Source: an uncultured Thermotogae bacterium
Lineage (GTDB): Bacteria > Bipolaricaulota > Bipolaricaulia > UBA7950 > UBA9294
Length of the DNA stretch: 59,799 nt
Reading direction: 5' to 3'
NCBI GenBank assembly: GCA_964355545.1
Contig: CAYHEK010000001.1
Location: forward strand, 7,478-67,276
Shown here: one piece after another, positions 26,177 through 34,986 of the stretch
Numbering within the stretch: the stretch's first letter is position 1
Layout: each line of letters opens with the position of its first letter
Translations under genes and position numbers: made by a program
The notes under the pieces: model-generated
What the model was told of the DNA's origin: nothing
Database searches by the model: none
Seen by the model: the letters and a program-made list of their open reading frames with translations, nothing else

Positions 26177-28165
26177 CTAGCGGCCCTTGGTCTTCTGACC
26201 TTGTCGAGCTCTCGACCGCCGCATTGCCAGGATGCAGACGGCGATCACGGCCACGGCGCCGATTGCGCCCAGAGCGATTCCGATCCGAACTATGAGGGAC
26301 GAGGCCGTGACGTTCCCTTTCATCGAGATCGGCTGCATATCCCACATGATCATCGTCGCATCCAACGAGCCTGACAGAAGGACCTTCCCGTCGGGGCTGA
26401 AAGCGATGGACTCGACGTAGCCGGCGTGACCAACCAGGGTACGCAGCATGGACCCGGTCGCGACGCTCCACAGTCTGATCGTCTTGTCTACGGATGCGGA
26501 GGCCAGCATCTTCCCGTCAGGGCTAAAGCCAACGGCCGTGATCCCCTCGCTGTGTCCATCTAGGGTCCGCACCAACTTGCCTGTGGCGACATCCCAGAGC
26601 CGGACCGTCTTGTCCGAGCACCCGGAGGCAAGGGTTCTCTCGTCTTGAGTGAACGCGACACAGGAGACTGAGTCGCCTTGCCCAACGAGGGTGTGCAGCA
26701 CGTCCCCTGTTGCGAGATCCCAGATCTTGACGGTCCTGTCCCAAGAACCCGAGGCCAGCAGCTTCCCGCTCAGGCTAATCGCGAGGGAGTCGACGCAATC
26801 GGCGTGGCCAGTGAGTGTACGCAGGGCTTCTCCCGTTCCGGCGTCCCAGAGCCTGATCGTCCTGTCGGCGGATCCGGATGCAAGGATGCGCCCGTCAGGG
26901 CTGAAGACCACGGACTCGACATAGTCGGCGTGGCCGGCCAGTGTGCGTAGGGCCTCTCCCGTCACGGCGCTCCATAGCCTGATCGTCGTGTCAAAGGATC
27001 CTGAAGCAACGACTCCCGAATCCGGGCTGAATGCGACGGAGCGAACCCAGTCATCATGCCCGGCTAGGGTACGCAGCATCTCCCTCGTCGTGGGGTTCCA
27101 CAGTCTGACTGTCTTGTCAAAGCACCCCGAGGCAACGGCTGTCGCATCCGGTCCGAAGGCGACGGAGAGGACCTCGGATGTGTACCCAGTGAGGTTCTGC
27201 AACACTTCTCCTGTTGCGAAGTCCCAGAGCTTGATCGTCAGGTCATCGGATCCCGAAGCAAGGGTCTTCCCGTCCGGCGCCACGGAGACGGAAACGACCC
27301 AATCGGTATGTCCAGCAAGAGTGCGCAGCAGCGTTCCTGTCGTTGTGTCCCACAGGTTGACTGCGTTGTCGGCAGACCCTGATACGAGCGTCTGCCCGCC
27401 CGGGGCAAAGGCGACCGCAAGTACGTGGGATGTATGCCCGACGAGGACTCGAAGCTCCACACCACTGGCAGGGTCCCACAACCGGATCGTGCCGTCGTCA
27501 GAACCCGAGGCGAGAAGTCTGCCGTCCGGACTGAAAGCGACAGAACGGACCCAGCCGGTGTGGCCGCTTAGCGTATGCAACTCCTCACCGGTCACCACGT
27601 CCCACAGCCTCACCGTCAGGTCGTCGGAGCCGGACGCTAGGGTCTTGCCATCACGGCTGAACGCAACGGACTCCACATGTCCGGTGTGCCCAACCAGGGT
27701 GCGCAATGCATCTCCTCGCGACATGTCCCACAGCGTGATGCCATTGTCTGCGGACGCGCCCGCGAGGGTGCTCCCATCGGGGTTGAAGGCGATCGAGAAG
27801 ACCCAATTGGCGGGTCCGGCAAAGGCCCGGACTTCCCGGCCGGTCGCCACGTCCCAGACCGTGATCTTGCCATCCTCTGCCCCGGAGGCCACCCGTTCTC
27901 CGCGCGGACTGAAACAGAGCGATGTAGGCGAGCCGGTACCGCTGACCAGCAGGCGCACGACTTGCAGCGTTCTGCTGTCTCTCAGTTCGACGCCGATCGA
28001 CGTGGCTGCGGCGAGCCATCGCCCATCAGGTGAGTACTGAACCGCTGAGACCCTTCCGAGGCCCATGCGGGCAAGTGCTCCTTCCGGGAGCGGGATTGCG
28101 TTCTGTGGGAACCCGATGGTGCCTGCCAGGAGGAGACCGAGCGTCACAGCCAGAGAGATCCTCAT
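26177..28165 (-). CDS. exported WD40-repeat protein (14 repeats, two predicted 7-bladed propellers) with C-terminal TM anchor
   Basis: ATG at 28165 after GGAGG. N-terminal MRISLAVTLGLLLAGTIGFP, then 14 units of the form GH..V.SVAFSPDG..LASGS.D.TIRLWD. C-terminal hydrophobic helix (IGIALGAIGAVAVIAVCILA) plus an RRSRARQGQKTKGR tail. Confidence 0.85.
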   Translation of the reverse strand: MRISLAVTLGLLLAGTIGFPQNAIPLPEGALARMGLGRVSAVQYSPDGRWLAAATSIGVELRDSRTLQVVRLLVSGTGSPTSLCFSPRGERVASGAEDGKITVWDVATGREVRAFAGPANWVFSIAFNPDGSTLAGASADNGITLWDMSRGDALRTLVGHTGHVESVAFSRDGKTLASGSDDLTVRLWDVVTGEELHTLSGHTGWVRSVAFSPDGRLLASGSDDGTIRLWDPASGVELRVLVGHTSHVLAVAFAPGGQTLVSGSADNAVNLWDTTTGTLLRTLAGHTDWVVSVSVAPDGKTLASGSDDLTIKLWDFATGEVLQNLTGYTSEVLSVAFGPDATAVASGCFDKTVRLWNPTTREMLRTLAGHDDWVRSVAFSPDSGVVASGSFDTTIRLWSAVTGEALRTLAGHADYVESVVFSPDGRILASGSADRTIRLWDAGTGEALRTLTGHADCVDSLAISLSGKLLASGSWDRTVKIWDLATGDVLHTLVGQGDSVSCVAFTQDERTLASGCSDKTVRLWDVATGKLVRTLDGHSEGITAVGFSPDGKMLASASVDKTIRLWSVATGSMLRTLVGHAGYVESIAFSPDGKVLLSGSLDATMIMWDMQPISMKGNVTASSLIVRIGIALGAIGAVAVIAVCILAMRRSRARQGQKTKGR

Positions 28166-28542
28166 CACCGTACCTCCGCAGGAGACATTGTACGAAACGC
28201 GGGCTCGTTCGGCACGGCTCTTCCCTTGTGCCGAACGGCTCACGCCTGGCCGAGAACCCGTTGACCCTCGATTACTTCCAGTTCTGCTTTCGCTGACGCA
28301 CCGGCACAAAGACGGCCTTGCACGACCAGGAATCCCGCGAGAAGGCGCCTAGCTTGCGTTGGCCCGCCCAGGTGTACGCCGGCCGTGGTGGATCAAGACG
28401 CCCTGCAGACGCGGCACCACGTCACTGGTGCTTCGGATCACGTACGCCCCCGCCGCTCGTGGCGAGAGGATCCCCGCATCGGCGCAGGAGGGCCACGACG
28501 TGAGGCAACACAAGGAACCGGCGAATCGTGCTTGACGCGCTA

Positions 28543-28571
28543 TTGACACAGATGGGAGGGAGTGCTAGTCT
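28543..28571 (+). promoter_or_regulatory. candidate sigma70-type promoter of the ABC importer operon
   Basis: TTGACA (28543-28548), 17-nt spacer, TAGTCT (28566-28571). About 110 nt upstream of the SBP start. Confidence 0.35.
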
Positions 28572-28684
28572 GCTAGTACTTGGGATGATTCGCCCTCCTC
28601 GACAGGGCAAAGGAGGTGGCACAGTCGCGCGCTATGAAGGGATGGCGGGGCTTGGAGGTAATCCGTTCAAGGAGGTCGTAAGAA

Positions 28685-29965
28685 ATGAAAAGGTCGCCTG
28701 CTGTAGTGTTTTTACTTGGATCTGTTCTGGCACTGCTTGTCGGCGTCTGGAGCTTCGCCGCCGACGACGTGATACGGATCCTCGCCACTGTTGACCTTTC
28801 TGGTGTTGCTGGGAACATCGGTCCCGGGTACGACAAGGGAATGCGGCTAGCGGTCGACGAGATCAATGCCGCCGGGATCAAGGGCTTCAGTAAAATCGAA
28901 TACAAAGTCATCGACATGGAGACGGACCCCGCGAAGTTCCGTCAGAAGCTGCTGCGCGAGATCCAGACCTGGAAGCCGGATGCAGCTGGTGGCGCAGCTC
29001 TGGAAACGACGATCCGGACGGCCTGCGAGATGGCTCCCCAGTATAAGGTTCTCAACTTCGTCGGCGGCCACCTGAGCATGACGAAGTACCTCGCGCCGGG
29101 CGAAGTCCCGCTGTCGCCGTGGGTTGCCTACTACGGGTACTCCGACTTCTTCGCTGGCCAGTTCGCCGGCCAGTTCTTCGAGGAAATGGGCGCAAAGAAA
29201 GTGGCGCTCTTTGCCGGTGACTACGACTGGGGATACAGCAACGGCATCGGCCTCAAGTACTACTGGGAGACGCACGGCAAACCGTTCGAAATCTCCCCGG
29301 TCATCTACGTCCCGCTCGACAAGACTGATTACTCGACCGAGATGCAGCTGATGAAGCAGGAGAAGCCGGACGCTGTCTTCATCCCGTACAGCGGAGCTGG
29401 CTGGATGAGCGCGGCTACCCAAATGAAGGACGCCGGGGCGGCGCCGCGAATCATCCTCTACTGCACAACCTACTCCAACCTGGGAGGAGCCAAGGTCACC
29501 GGAGCCTATGGAGCTGAGAATATCTACACGTTGGCGGACCACGATCCGACGACCGACACGTGGTACTCGTTCGTCAGAAGGTGGAAGGCTGTCTACGGAG
29601 GGCAGTCATACCCCGACACCTACGCAAATAACTACTATCAGGTGATCCACTGGCTCAAGGCTGTCTTCGAGAAGGCGGGGACGAAGGATCCGGACGCCGT
29701 CCTCCAGGCGACGCACGAAGTCAGCTTCCAGAATGTCAACATCAGCCCGATGGGGCCGATGGGACCGGACGGTGAGAACCTGGGAGCCAAGGCCGCGATC
29801 ATCCAGTTCCTGCAGGGTGCATCCGCTGAGGATCCGTCGTTCCCTCTCCACTCCGCCCTGATCCGCACCTTCCAGACACCGAACCTGACCTCGCGTCAAG
29901 TGCTTGACATCATCAAGGGCTACGAGAAGCTGTTGGCTAATGGGGACTACCCGTCGAGCAAGTGA
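28685..29965 (+). CDS. ABC transporter substrate-binding protein, LivK/Peripla_BP_6 type
   Basis: Signal peptide MKRSPAVVFLLGSVLALLVGVWSFAA. ATVDLSGVAGNIG...GMRLAVDEINAAGI is typical of branched-chain amino acid/amide binding proteins. Confidence 0.85.
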   Translation: MKRSPAVVFLLGSVLALLVGVWSFAADDVIRILATVDLSGVAGNIGPGYDKGMRLAVDEINAAGIKGFSKIEYKVIDMETDPAKFRQKLLREIQTWKPDAAGGAALETTIRTACEMAPQYKVLNFVGGHLSMTKYLAPGEVPLSPWVAYYGYSDFFAGQFAGQFFEEMGAKKVALFAGDYDWGYSNGIGLKYYWETHGKPFEISPVIYVPLDKTDYSTEMQLMKQEKPDAVFIPYSGAGWMSAATQMKDAGAAPRIILYCTTYSNLGGAKVTGAYGAENIYTLADHDPTTDTWYSFVRRWKAVYGGQSYPDTYANNYYQVIHWLKAVFEKAGTKDPDAVLQATHEVSFQNVNISPMGPMGPDGENLGAKAAIIQFLQGASAEDPSFPLHSALIRTFQTPNLTSRQVLDIIKGYEKLLANGDYPSSK

Positions 29966-30022
29966 CCGGTGAGGCAGGCCGAAGCGGGTTGAGACCCGCG
30001 GAGAAGGCGAAGGTGTAGTAGA

Positions 30023-30071
30023 CGCAGCCTGCCCTTCTTGCGTGGGGCAGGCTGCGCTCTTTCTCTCTTCT
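30023..30071 (+). terminator. intra-operon hairpin (partial terminator/attenuator) between SBP and ATPase genes
   Basis: Perfect 12-bp stem CGCAGCCTGCCC/GGGCAGGCTGCG with a 10-nt loop, followed by CTCTTTCTCTCTTCT. Confidence 0.5.
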
Positions 30072-30083
30072 GGAAGGAATGCG

Positions 30084-30815
30084 ATGACGGCATTGCTCGA
30101 GGTGTGCGGCGTCAGCAAGCGGTTTGGGGGCCTGCAGGCTCTGGAAAACGTGTCGTTTGGGATAGAGGAAGGCATGATTTCAAGCCTCATAGGCCCAAAC
30201 GGTGCCGGCAAGACAACACTGTTCAACGTCGTCGCGGGCACGCTACGAGCTGACTCGGGGACGACCACCTTCCAAGGTGATGACATCACCCGTTTGCGCC
30301 CGTATCAGGTCTCCCGCAAGGGGATAGCCAGAACGTATCAGCTCAGGAACATCTTCCCCGCTCTGAGCGTCTACGACAACGTGCTTGCGGGAATGCTGAA
30401 GGAGCGGGGGCAGGTCAGAGCCAAGCATGCTGAGGTGCTGGCGATTCTCAAGTTCGTTGGTCTTGAGGAGAAGGCAGCCGAGGTGGCCTCCAATCTCCCG
30501 CCCTTGGAGGCGAAGCTTGTCGAGCTTGGGAGAGCGCTCGCTTCGCGTCCCAAGCTCCTGTTACTCGACGAGCTGGTCGGAGGTCTTGTGCCCTCCGAGA
30601 CCGAGCAAATCTGCAGGGCCGTGTGTGCACTGCGGGAGATCGGGGTCACAATCCTGCAGATCGGCCATGAGATGGGTCCGATCATGAAGACCTCGGACTG
30701 GGTGGTCGTCCTCAACAGGGGGACAAAGCTTGCAGAGGGGACCGTGGAAGAGATTCTGAACAACGAAGCTGTTCATGATGTCTATCTTGAGTCGGCAGGA
30801 AGCGAAGATGAGTGA
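30084..30815 (+). CDS. ABC transporter ATP-binding protein (LivG-like)
   Basis: ATG at 30084. Walker A GPNGAGKTT, LLLDE Walker B. LivG-like N-terminus LLEVCGVSKRFGGLQAL. Confidence 0.9.
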   Translation: MTALLEVCGVSKRFGGLQALENVSFGIEEGMISSLIGPNGAGKTTLFNVVAGTLRADSGTTTFQGDDITRLRPYQVSRKGIARTYQLRNIFPALSVYDNVLAGMLKERGQVRAKHAEVLAILKFVGLEEKAAEVASNLPPLEAKLVELGRALASRPKLLLLDELVGGLVPSETEQICRAVCALREIGVTILQIGHEMGPIMKTSDWVVVLNRGTKLAEGTVEEILNNEAVHDVYLESAGSEDE

Positions 30816-31524
30816 CCCAATCCTTGAAGTCTCTGGTCTGACGGTTGCGTACGGCCCACACCTTGCTGTCAAGAACGTCAGCGCTGCCGTGTTCCCCGAC
30901 GAGATCTACGCTGTCGTCGGCCCGAACGGAGCCGGCAAGACCACGCTCCTTGAGTGCATTGCGGGCTTGCTGTCCGCACGAGCCGGTACCATCCGGTTTA
31001 AGGGAACCCGGGTAGATCATTCTTCCATCTTCAGAAGACGAAAGCTTGGCATCGTCCTGGTTCCTCAAGAGGGCAACGTTTTCCCAGGAATGACAGTGAA
31101 GGAGAACCTGGAGATGGGCGGCGCAGTCAGGAGGGGGAAGAGCCGGGCTGCTCGGGTCGGGTATGCCTACGAACTGTTTCCTCGTCTGCAGGAACGCGAG
31201 CGGCAGACTGCACATACCCTGAGCGGTGGGGAGAGACGGATGCTCGCGGTCGGGATTGGGATTGTGTCTGACGCTGAACTGTTCCTGATCGATGAACCAT
31301 CCGTGGGACTGGCTCCCAAACTGGTGACGAGCCTGCTTCAGCGACTGAGACAGCTTCGGGACGATACCAAGCGTCCCATTGTCCTGTGCGAGCAGAACAT
31401 TAAGGTGCTGAACGTGGCGGATCGAATCCTTGGCATGGAGGCGGGCGAAAGCAGATTCTGCGAGGATCTGGAGGCAGTGGATCGCGCGAAGGTCAAGGAG
31501 CTCTATCTCGGGCTGCACGCCTAG
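30808..31524 (+). CDS. ABC transporter ATP-binding protein (LivF-like)
   Basis: ATG at 30808 overlaps the upstream stop by 8 nt. GPNGAGKTT, LSGGERRML signature, FLIDEPS. Confidence 0.9.
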   Translation: MSDPILEVSGLTVAYGPHLAVKNVSAAVFPDEIYAVVGPNGAGKTTLLECIAGLLSARAGTIRFKGTRVDHSSIFRRRKLGIVLVPQEGNVFPGMTVKENLEMGGAVRRGKSRAARVGYAYELFPRLQERERQTAHTLSGGERRMLAVGIGIVSDAELFLIDEPSVGLAPKLVTSLLQRLRQLRDDTKRPIVLCEQNIKVLNVADRILGMEAGESRFCEDLEAVDRAKVKELYLGLHA

Positions 31525-31552
31525 CGCGCTGCCGATGGGAGGGTGAACCGCC

Positions 31553-32413
31553 GTGATCTCGGATGGACTCATCAATGGCATCATTATGGCTGGGATCGTC
31601 GCGCTGCCGGTGCTGGGCATCGCGGTGATCTACGGGATGACGGGAATCATCAACTTCGCGGTGGGCGGCATCGGCGTATTCAGCGCCTTCATTACTTGGC
31701 AGCTACTTCCATACAACATGGCACTGGCAATCCTCGCTGGCCTTGCCGCGGGGTTCGCACTGGGATACGCTATCCAGGCCACGCTGCTCACGCCGCTGAG
31801 CGCTCGTCGAGGCGGAGACCTCAACCTCTTCTTTCTCATCACGAACAACGTCGGACTGATCTTCGTGGGACTCACGCGGGTTGTCTTCCCGCGGCCAAAT
31901 ATAGGACTTCCGCTGCCTCGCCTGGGGACGATCACGATACTGGGTGTGCAGACAAGCGGGCTGAAGTTTCTCGCCCTGTTCATCGCCATCGGCAGCCTCC
32001 TACTGCTGCGCGTGGTGGAGCGCTACACTCGGGTGGGGAAGTCATGGCGCGCAACGTCTCAGAACCTGCGACTCGCTCAGATCGTCGGAGTCAACACTAG
32101 TCAGGCGTTCAATATCGCCTCAGGGTTGGGATGCATGCTCGCTGCGTTCGGCGCCATCATCTGGGGAAGTCTATATAATCTGACCCTGAATAGCGGTTTT
32201 GACCTCACTTTCCTCGGGTACATCATCGCGGTAGTGGGCGGGATTGGCAATATTCTGGGCGGCATGGTCGCTGCTCTCATCGTGGGATTGGCGTTGAGCT
32301 TCAGCGCCTACATTGCGAGCGGAAGCTGGCAAAGCGTGATTCTCTATGGTATTGCCATGTTCACGCTCATCGTGGCGCCCAAGGGGATTCTTGGGTCAGA
32401 GCGCTCGATCTAG
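31553..32413 (+). CDS. ABC transporter permease (LivH-like)
   Basis: GTG start. 286-aa polytopic membrane protein with the LivH-type N-terminus (LINGIIMAGIVALPVLGIAVIYGMTGIINFA). Confidence 0.85.
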   Translation: MISDGLINGIIMAGIVALPVLGIAVIYGMTGIINFAVGGIGVFSAFITWQLLPYNMALAILAGLAAGFALGYAIQATLLTPLSARRGGDLNLFFLITNNVGLIFVGLTRVVFPRPNIGLPLPRLGTITILGVQTSGLKFLALFIAIGSLLLLRVVERYTRVGKSWRATSQNLRLAQIVGVNTSQAFNIASGLGCMLAAFGAIIWGSLYNLTLNSGFDLTFLGYIIAVVGGIGNILGGMVAALIVGLALSFSAYIASGSWQSVILYGIAMFTLIVAPKGILGSERSI

Positions 32414-32427
32414 AGGGCCATGTCGGC

Positions 32428-33411
32428 ATGATAGGGAAGAGGACGGTGGCGATGAGAAAGCGGCCGTACGAGGAAGTATCGACCCTAGCAGCCATCCTGC
32501 TTCTCTCTCTATTGTTCATCTTGGGTGGCGGATACTACAAATGGTTCACCGGCTATGTCCTACTGTTCCTCATCCAAGGCTACGTGGCTTGGTTTGTCTT
32601 CTCGAAGTGCGGACAGCCGTTCTACGGCTACGCGGTGACCATGGCGATCGGCGCCTATACGACCGTTGTCACCTTCCTCGTCTACCATTGGCCGCTGTGG
32701 AGCGGGATGCTCCTCGGCGCCTTTCTCAGTGCGTTGGTGGCCATGCTCCTCTTCGCAGCGACGAGCCGCGCAAGGGGCTTCTATGTTGGGATGGTGTCTT
32801 TCCTCCTTGTCATCCTCTTCCCCAGCCTGATTGAGGCACTTCGTGAGACCACCGGCGGCCGCAGCGGTGTGTCCCTTGTGGGCCTGATGCGGATGATTGG
32901 CCTTGACGGTCTTCTGTGGCTCATCTTGGGCGTGACGATTCTCGTCGTCGCATCTCTCTTCTGGCTGCTGCAGACAAAGGTGGGGCGCATATTTGCAGTG
33001 ATTGCTGAGAACGACGACCTGGCGAAGGCGGTCGGCATAAACACGTTTAAGTATAAACTCCTTGCCTACGGGATCACCGGATTTCTCTCGGGGATCGGAG
33101 GCGCCTTATACGTGAACTACATCGGGGGGATCTCGTCCGTCGATCTTGGCGTGATCACCACGATCTACATCACGTTCATTCCCATTGTCGGCGGCACGAA
33201 GGTCGCTTTCGGCCCGCTGATTGGCACGCTCTTCATCCGCCTGGTCCCGGAGGCCCTGGCGGGAATCGAACGCTACTTGTCAATCATCATGGGTGCCGCG
33301 TTTGTCTTTGTCATGCTGGGCCTGCGTGGCGGGATCGGCGACAACCTCGTGGAGTATGGTGCGAGGGTCTTCAGGCGAAGGCGCGTTCGAAGAGCAGGAG
33401 AACCGAAGTAG
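32428..33411 (+). CDS. ABC transporter permease (LivM-like)
   Basis: 327-aa polytopic membrane protein. IAENDDLAKAVGINTFKYKLLAYGITGFLSGIGGALY matches the LivM conserved loop. Confidence 0.85.
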   Translation: MIGKRTVAMRKRPYEEVSTLAAILLLSLLFILGGGYYKWFTGYVLLFLIQGYVAWFVFSKCGQPFYGYAVTMAIGAYTTVVTFLVYHWPLWSGMLLGAFLSALVAMLLFAATSRARGFYVGMVSFLLVILFPSLIEALRETTGGRSGVSLVGLMRMIGLDGLLWLILGVTILVVASLFWLLQTKVGRIFAVIAENDDLAKAVGINTFKYKLLAYGITGFLSGIGGALYVNYIGGISSVDLGVITTIYITFIPIVGGTKVAFGPLIGTLFIRLVPEALAGIERYLSIIMGAAFVFVMLGLRGGIGDNLVEYGARVFRRRRVRRAGEPK

Positions 33412-33446
33412 CCGCGAGCGAACCGTTTCTCGAAGGAAGGAGAAGC

Positions 33447-34175
33447 GTGCGTATCAAGATCATCATCCCCAATGCTTCGAGGCCCTTCCTCGAGAGCCAA
33501 GTTGAGGAGAGGAAGAGAGCGGCCGGAGCTGGCGTCGTTTTGGACGTCGTCGGCCTGGCTGAAGGGCCCCTGTCGGTCGAGAGCGCGGTGGATGAGACCC
33601 TCATCGGACCACCGCTCCTCAGCTTGGCAAAGAAGGCTGAAGAGGAAGGCTGCGACGCCGTTGTGATAGACTGTGCAATGGATCCCGCTGTCCGCGCTAT
33701 GCGTGAGCTTGTCAGCATCCCAGTCACAAGTGCAGCGGAGTCGGCGCTGCTCTATGCTTTCACCCTTGGAGAACGGGTCTCGGTCATCACCGTGCTTGAG
33801 AGTACCGCACGCGCAATAGAGGACAAGATCCGCACGTACGGCTTCCAGGGCCGCGTCTCCTCGGTGCGAGCTGCGGGCGTTCCGGTGCTCGATCTGCAGG
33901 AGACCGAGCGGGCCGCCGCCGCAATCCTCGAAGAGGCACGCAAGGCGATCGATCAGGACGGGGCCGACGTCATCGTCCTGGGTTGCACAGGCATGTCCTC
34001 GGTGGCCGCCTACTTACAGGACCGACTCGAAGTTCCGGTCGTAGACGCTGCCGCGGCGGCACTCACGCTTGCCGAATCCCTGGTCCGCATGAAGCTCTCG
34101 TCGAGCAAACGTTGCTACCCCCCTCCCCCCGCGAAGCCCGTCCTCGGCAATTGGTACCGGGCGCAAGGGTTCTAG
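33447..34175 (+). CDS. Asp/Glu/hydantoin racemase family protein (hydantoin racemase-like)
   Basis: GTG at 33447 after GGAAGGAG. MRIKIIIPN..., the two catalytic Cys contexts VVIDCAMDP and IVLGCTGM, and a C-terminal ESLVRMKLSSSKR resembling HyuE-type enzymes. Confidence 0.8.
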   Translation: MRIKIIIPNASRPFLESQVEERKRAAGAGVVLDVVGLAEGPLSVESAVDETLIGPPLLSLAKKAEEEGCDAVVIDCAMDPAVRAMRELVSIPVTSAAESALLYAFTLGERVSVITVLESTARAIEDKIRTYGFQGRVSSVRAAGVPVLDLQETERAAAAILEEARKAIDQDGADVIVLGCTGMSSVAAYLQDRLEVPVVDAAAAALTLAESLVRMKLSSSKRCYPPPPAKPVLGNWYRAQGF

Positions 34176-34213
34176 TGCCTGATCTCAGTCGCTCTCAGGT
34201 GAACGGGGCGAAT

Positions 34214-34906
34214 CTACGCAAAGGCGCCTCTCAAGCCGTAGCGCCGCGTGATGCTTTCGAGGCGTCCTTGCTGCTTGAGTTTCGTCAACTCCCCGTTGAA
34301 TCGGGGCACCAGGTCGCGGAACTCCGGGCGAAACGCCACAAACAGCTCGCGAGTCACGGAGAAGCCCTCGACCCTCTCAACGCCCGTGATGCCCAGTTTC
34401 TCGATGAGAAACGCAGCGACACCGAGATCGATGATCGCCAGATCGAACCGCCGTTCCTTCACGCCCAACAGGAGATCCTCCTGGCGCTGAACCTCCGTCT
34501 TCGTGGCGGGGTCAAGAGCATCGACCGCGGGATGGTAGCTGTAGCCGGGGAGCAGACCCAGTGAGTAGGGGCTGAGCTCTTCGCGCAGGTCCTTCGTCGG
34601 GTCAAGCCGAATCGGCTCGCCGCTTCTCGCGAGAAGGACCGTCTTGGCCGACCGCAAGAGGTCAGAAAAGACGTACCGCTCCTCTCTCTCCGGGGTGCGG
34701 GTGATCTGGAAGATGCCATCTGCCTCCCGACGGTCGAGCCGGCGAAGACACTCCTGCCATGGACAGAGCGCCACGTGCACGTCGCAACCCATCCCGTGAA
34801 ACACCGAAACGATCACCTCGTAGTCCATGCCCTTGAGGTTGCCGTCTTCTTCGTACTGATAAGGGGGGTAAGGGTCAGCAACCAGGGTGACTCTTGCAGT
34901 GCTCAT
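34214..34906 (-). CDS. SBP_bac_3 (amino-acid-binding type) domain protein without signal peptide
   Basis: ATG at 34906 after GGAG. PYPPYQYEEDGNLKGMDYEV...ADGIFQITRTPEREERYVFSD is a typical family-3 solute-binding fold. No hydrophobic leader. Confidence 0.7.
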   Translation of the reverse strand: MSTARVTLVADPYPPYQYEEDGNLKGMDYEVIVSVFHGMGCDVHVALCPWQECLRRLDRREADGIFQITRTPEREERYVFSDLLRSAKTVLLARSGEPIRLDPTKDLREELSPYSLGLLPGYSYHPAVDALDPATKTEVQRQEDLLLGVKERRFDLAIIDLGVAAFLIEKLGITGVERVEGFSVTRELFVAFRPEFRDLVPRFNGELTKLKQQGRLESITRRYGLRGAFA

Positions 34907-34986
34907 CGGGTTCTCCGCCAGCTGGGCCTGGTCACGTTCCTCTCCCACTCCACTCGACGACTCGATCTCACAATCAGCCGATCAGT

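Noticed and set aside
26177-28165. Periodic nucleotide repeats (about 126 nt) that could suggest a CRISPR or tandem array
   Set aside because: The period equals one WD40 unit in a continuous ORF. The repeats are imperfect at the DNA level and there are no unique spacers.
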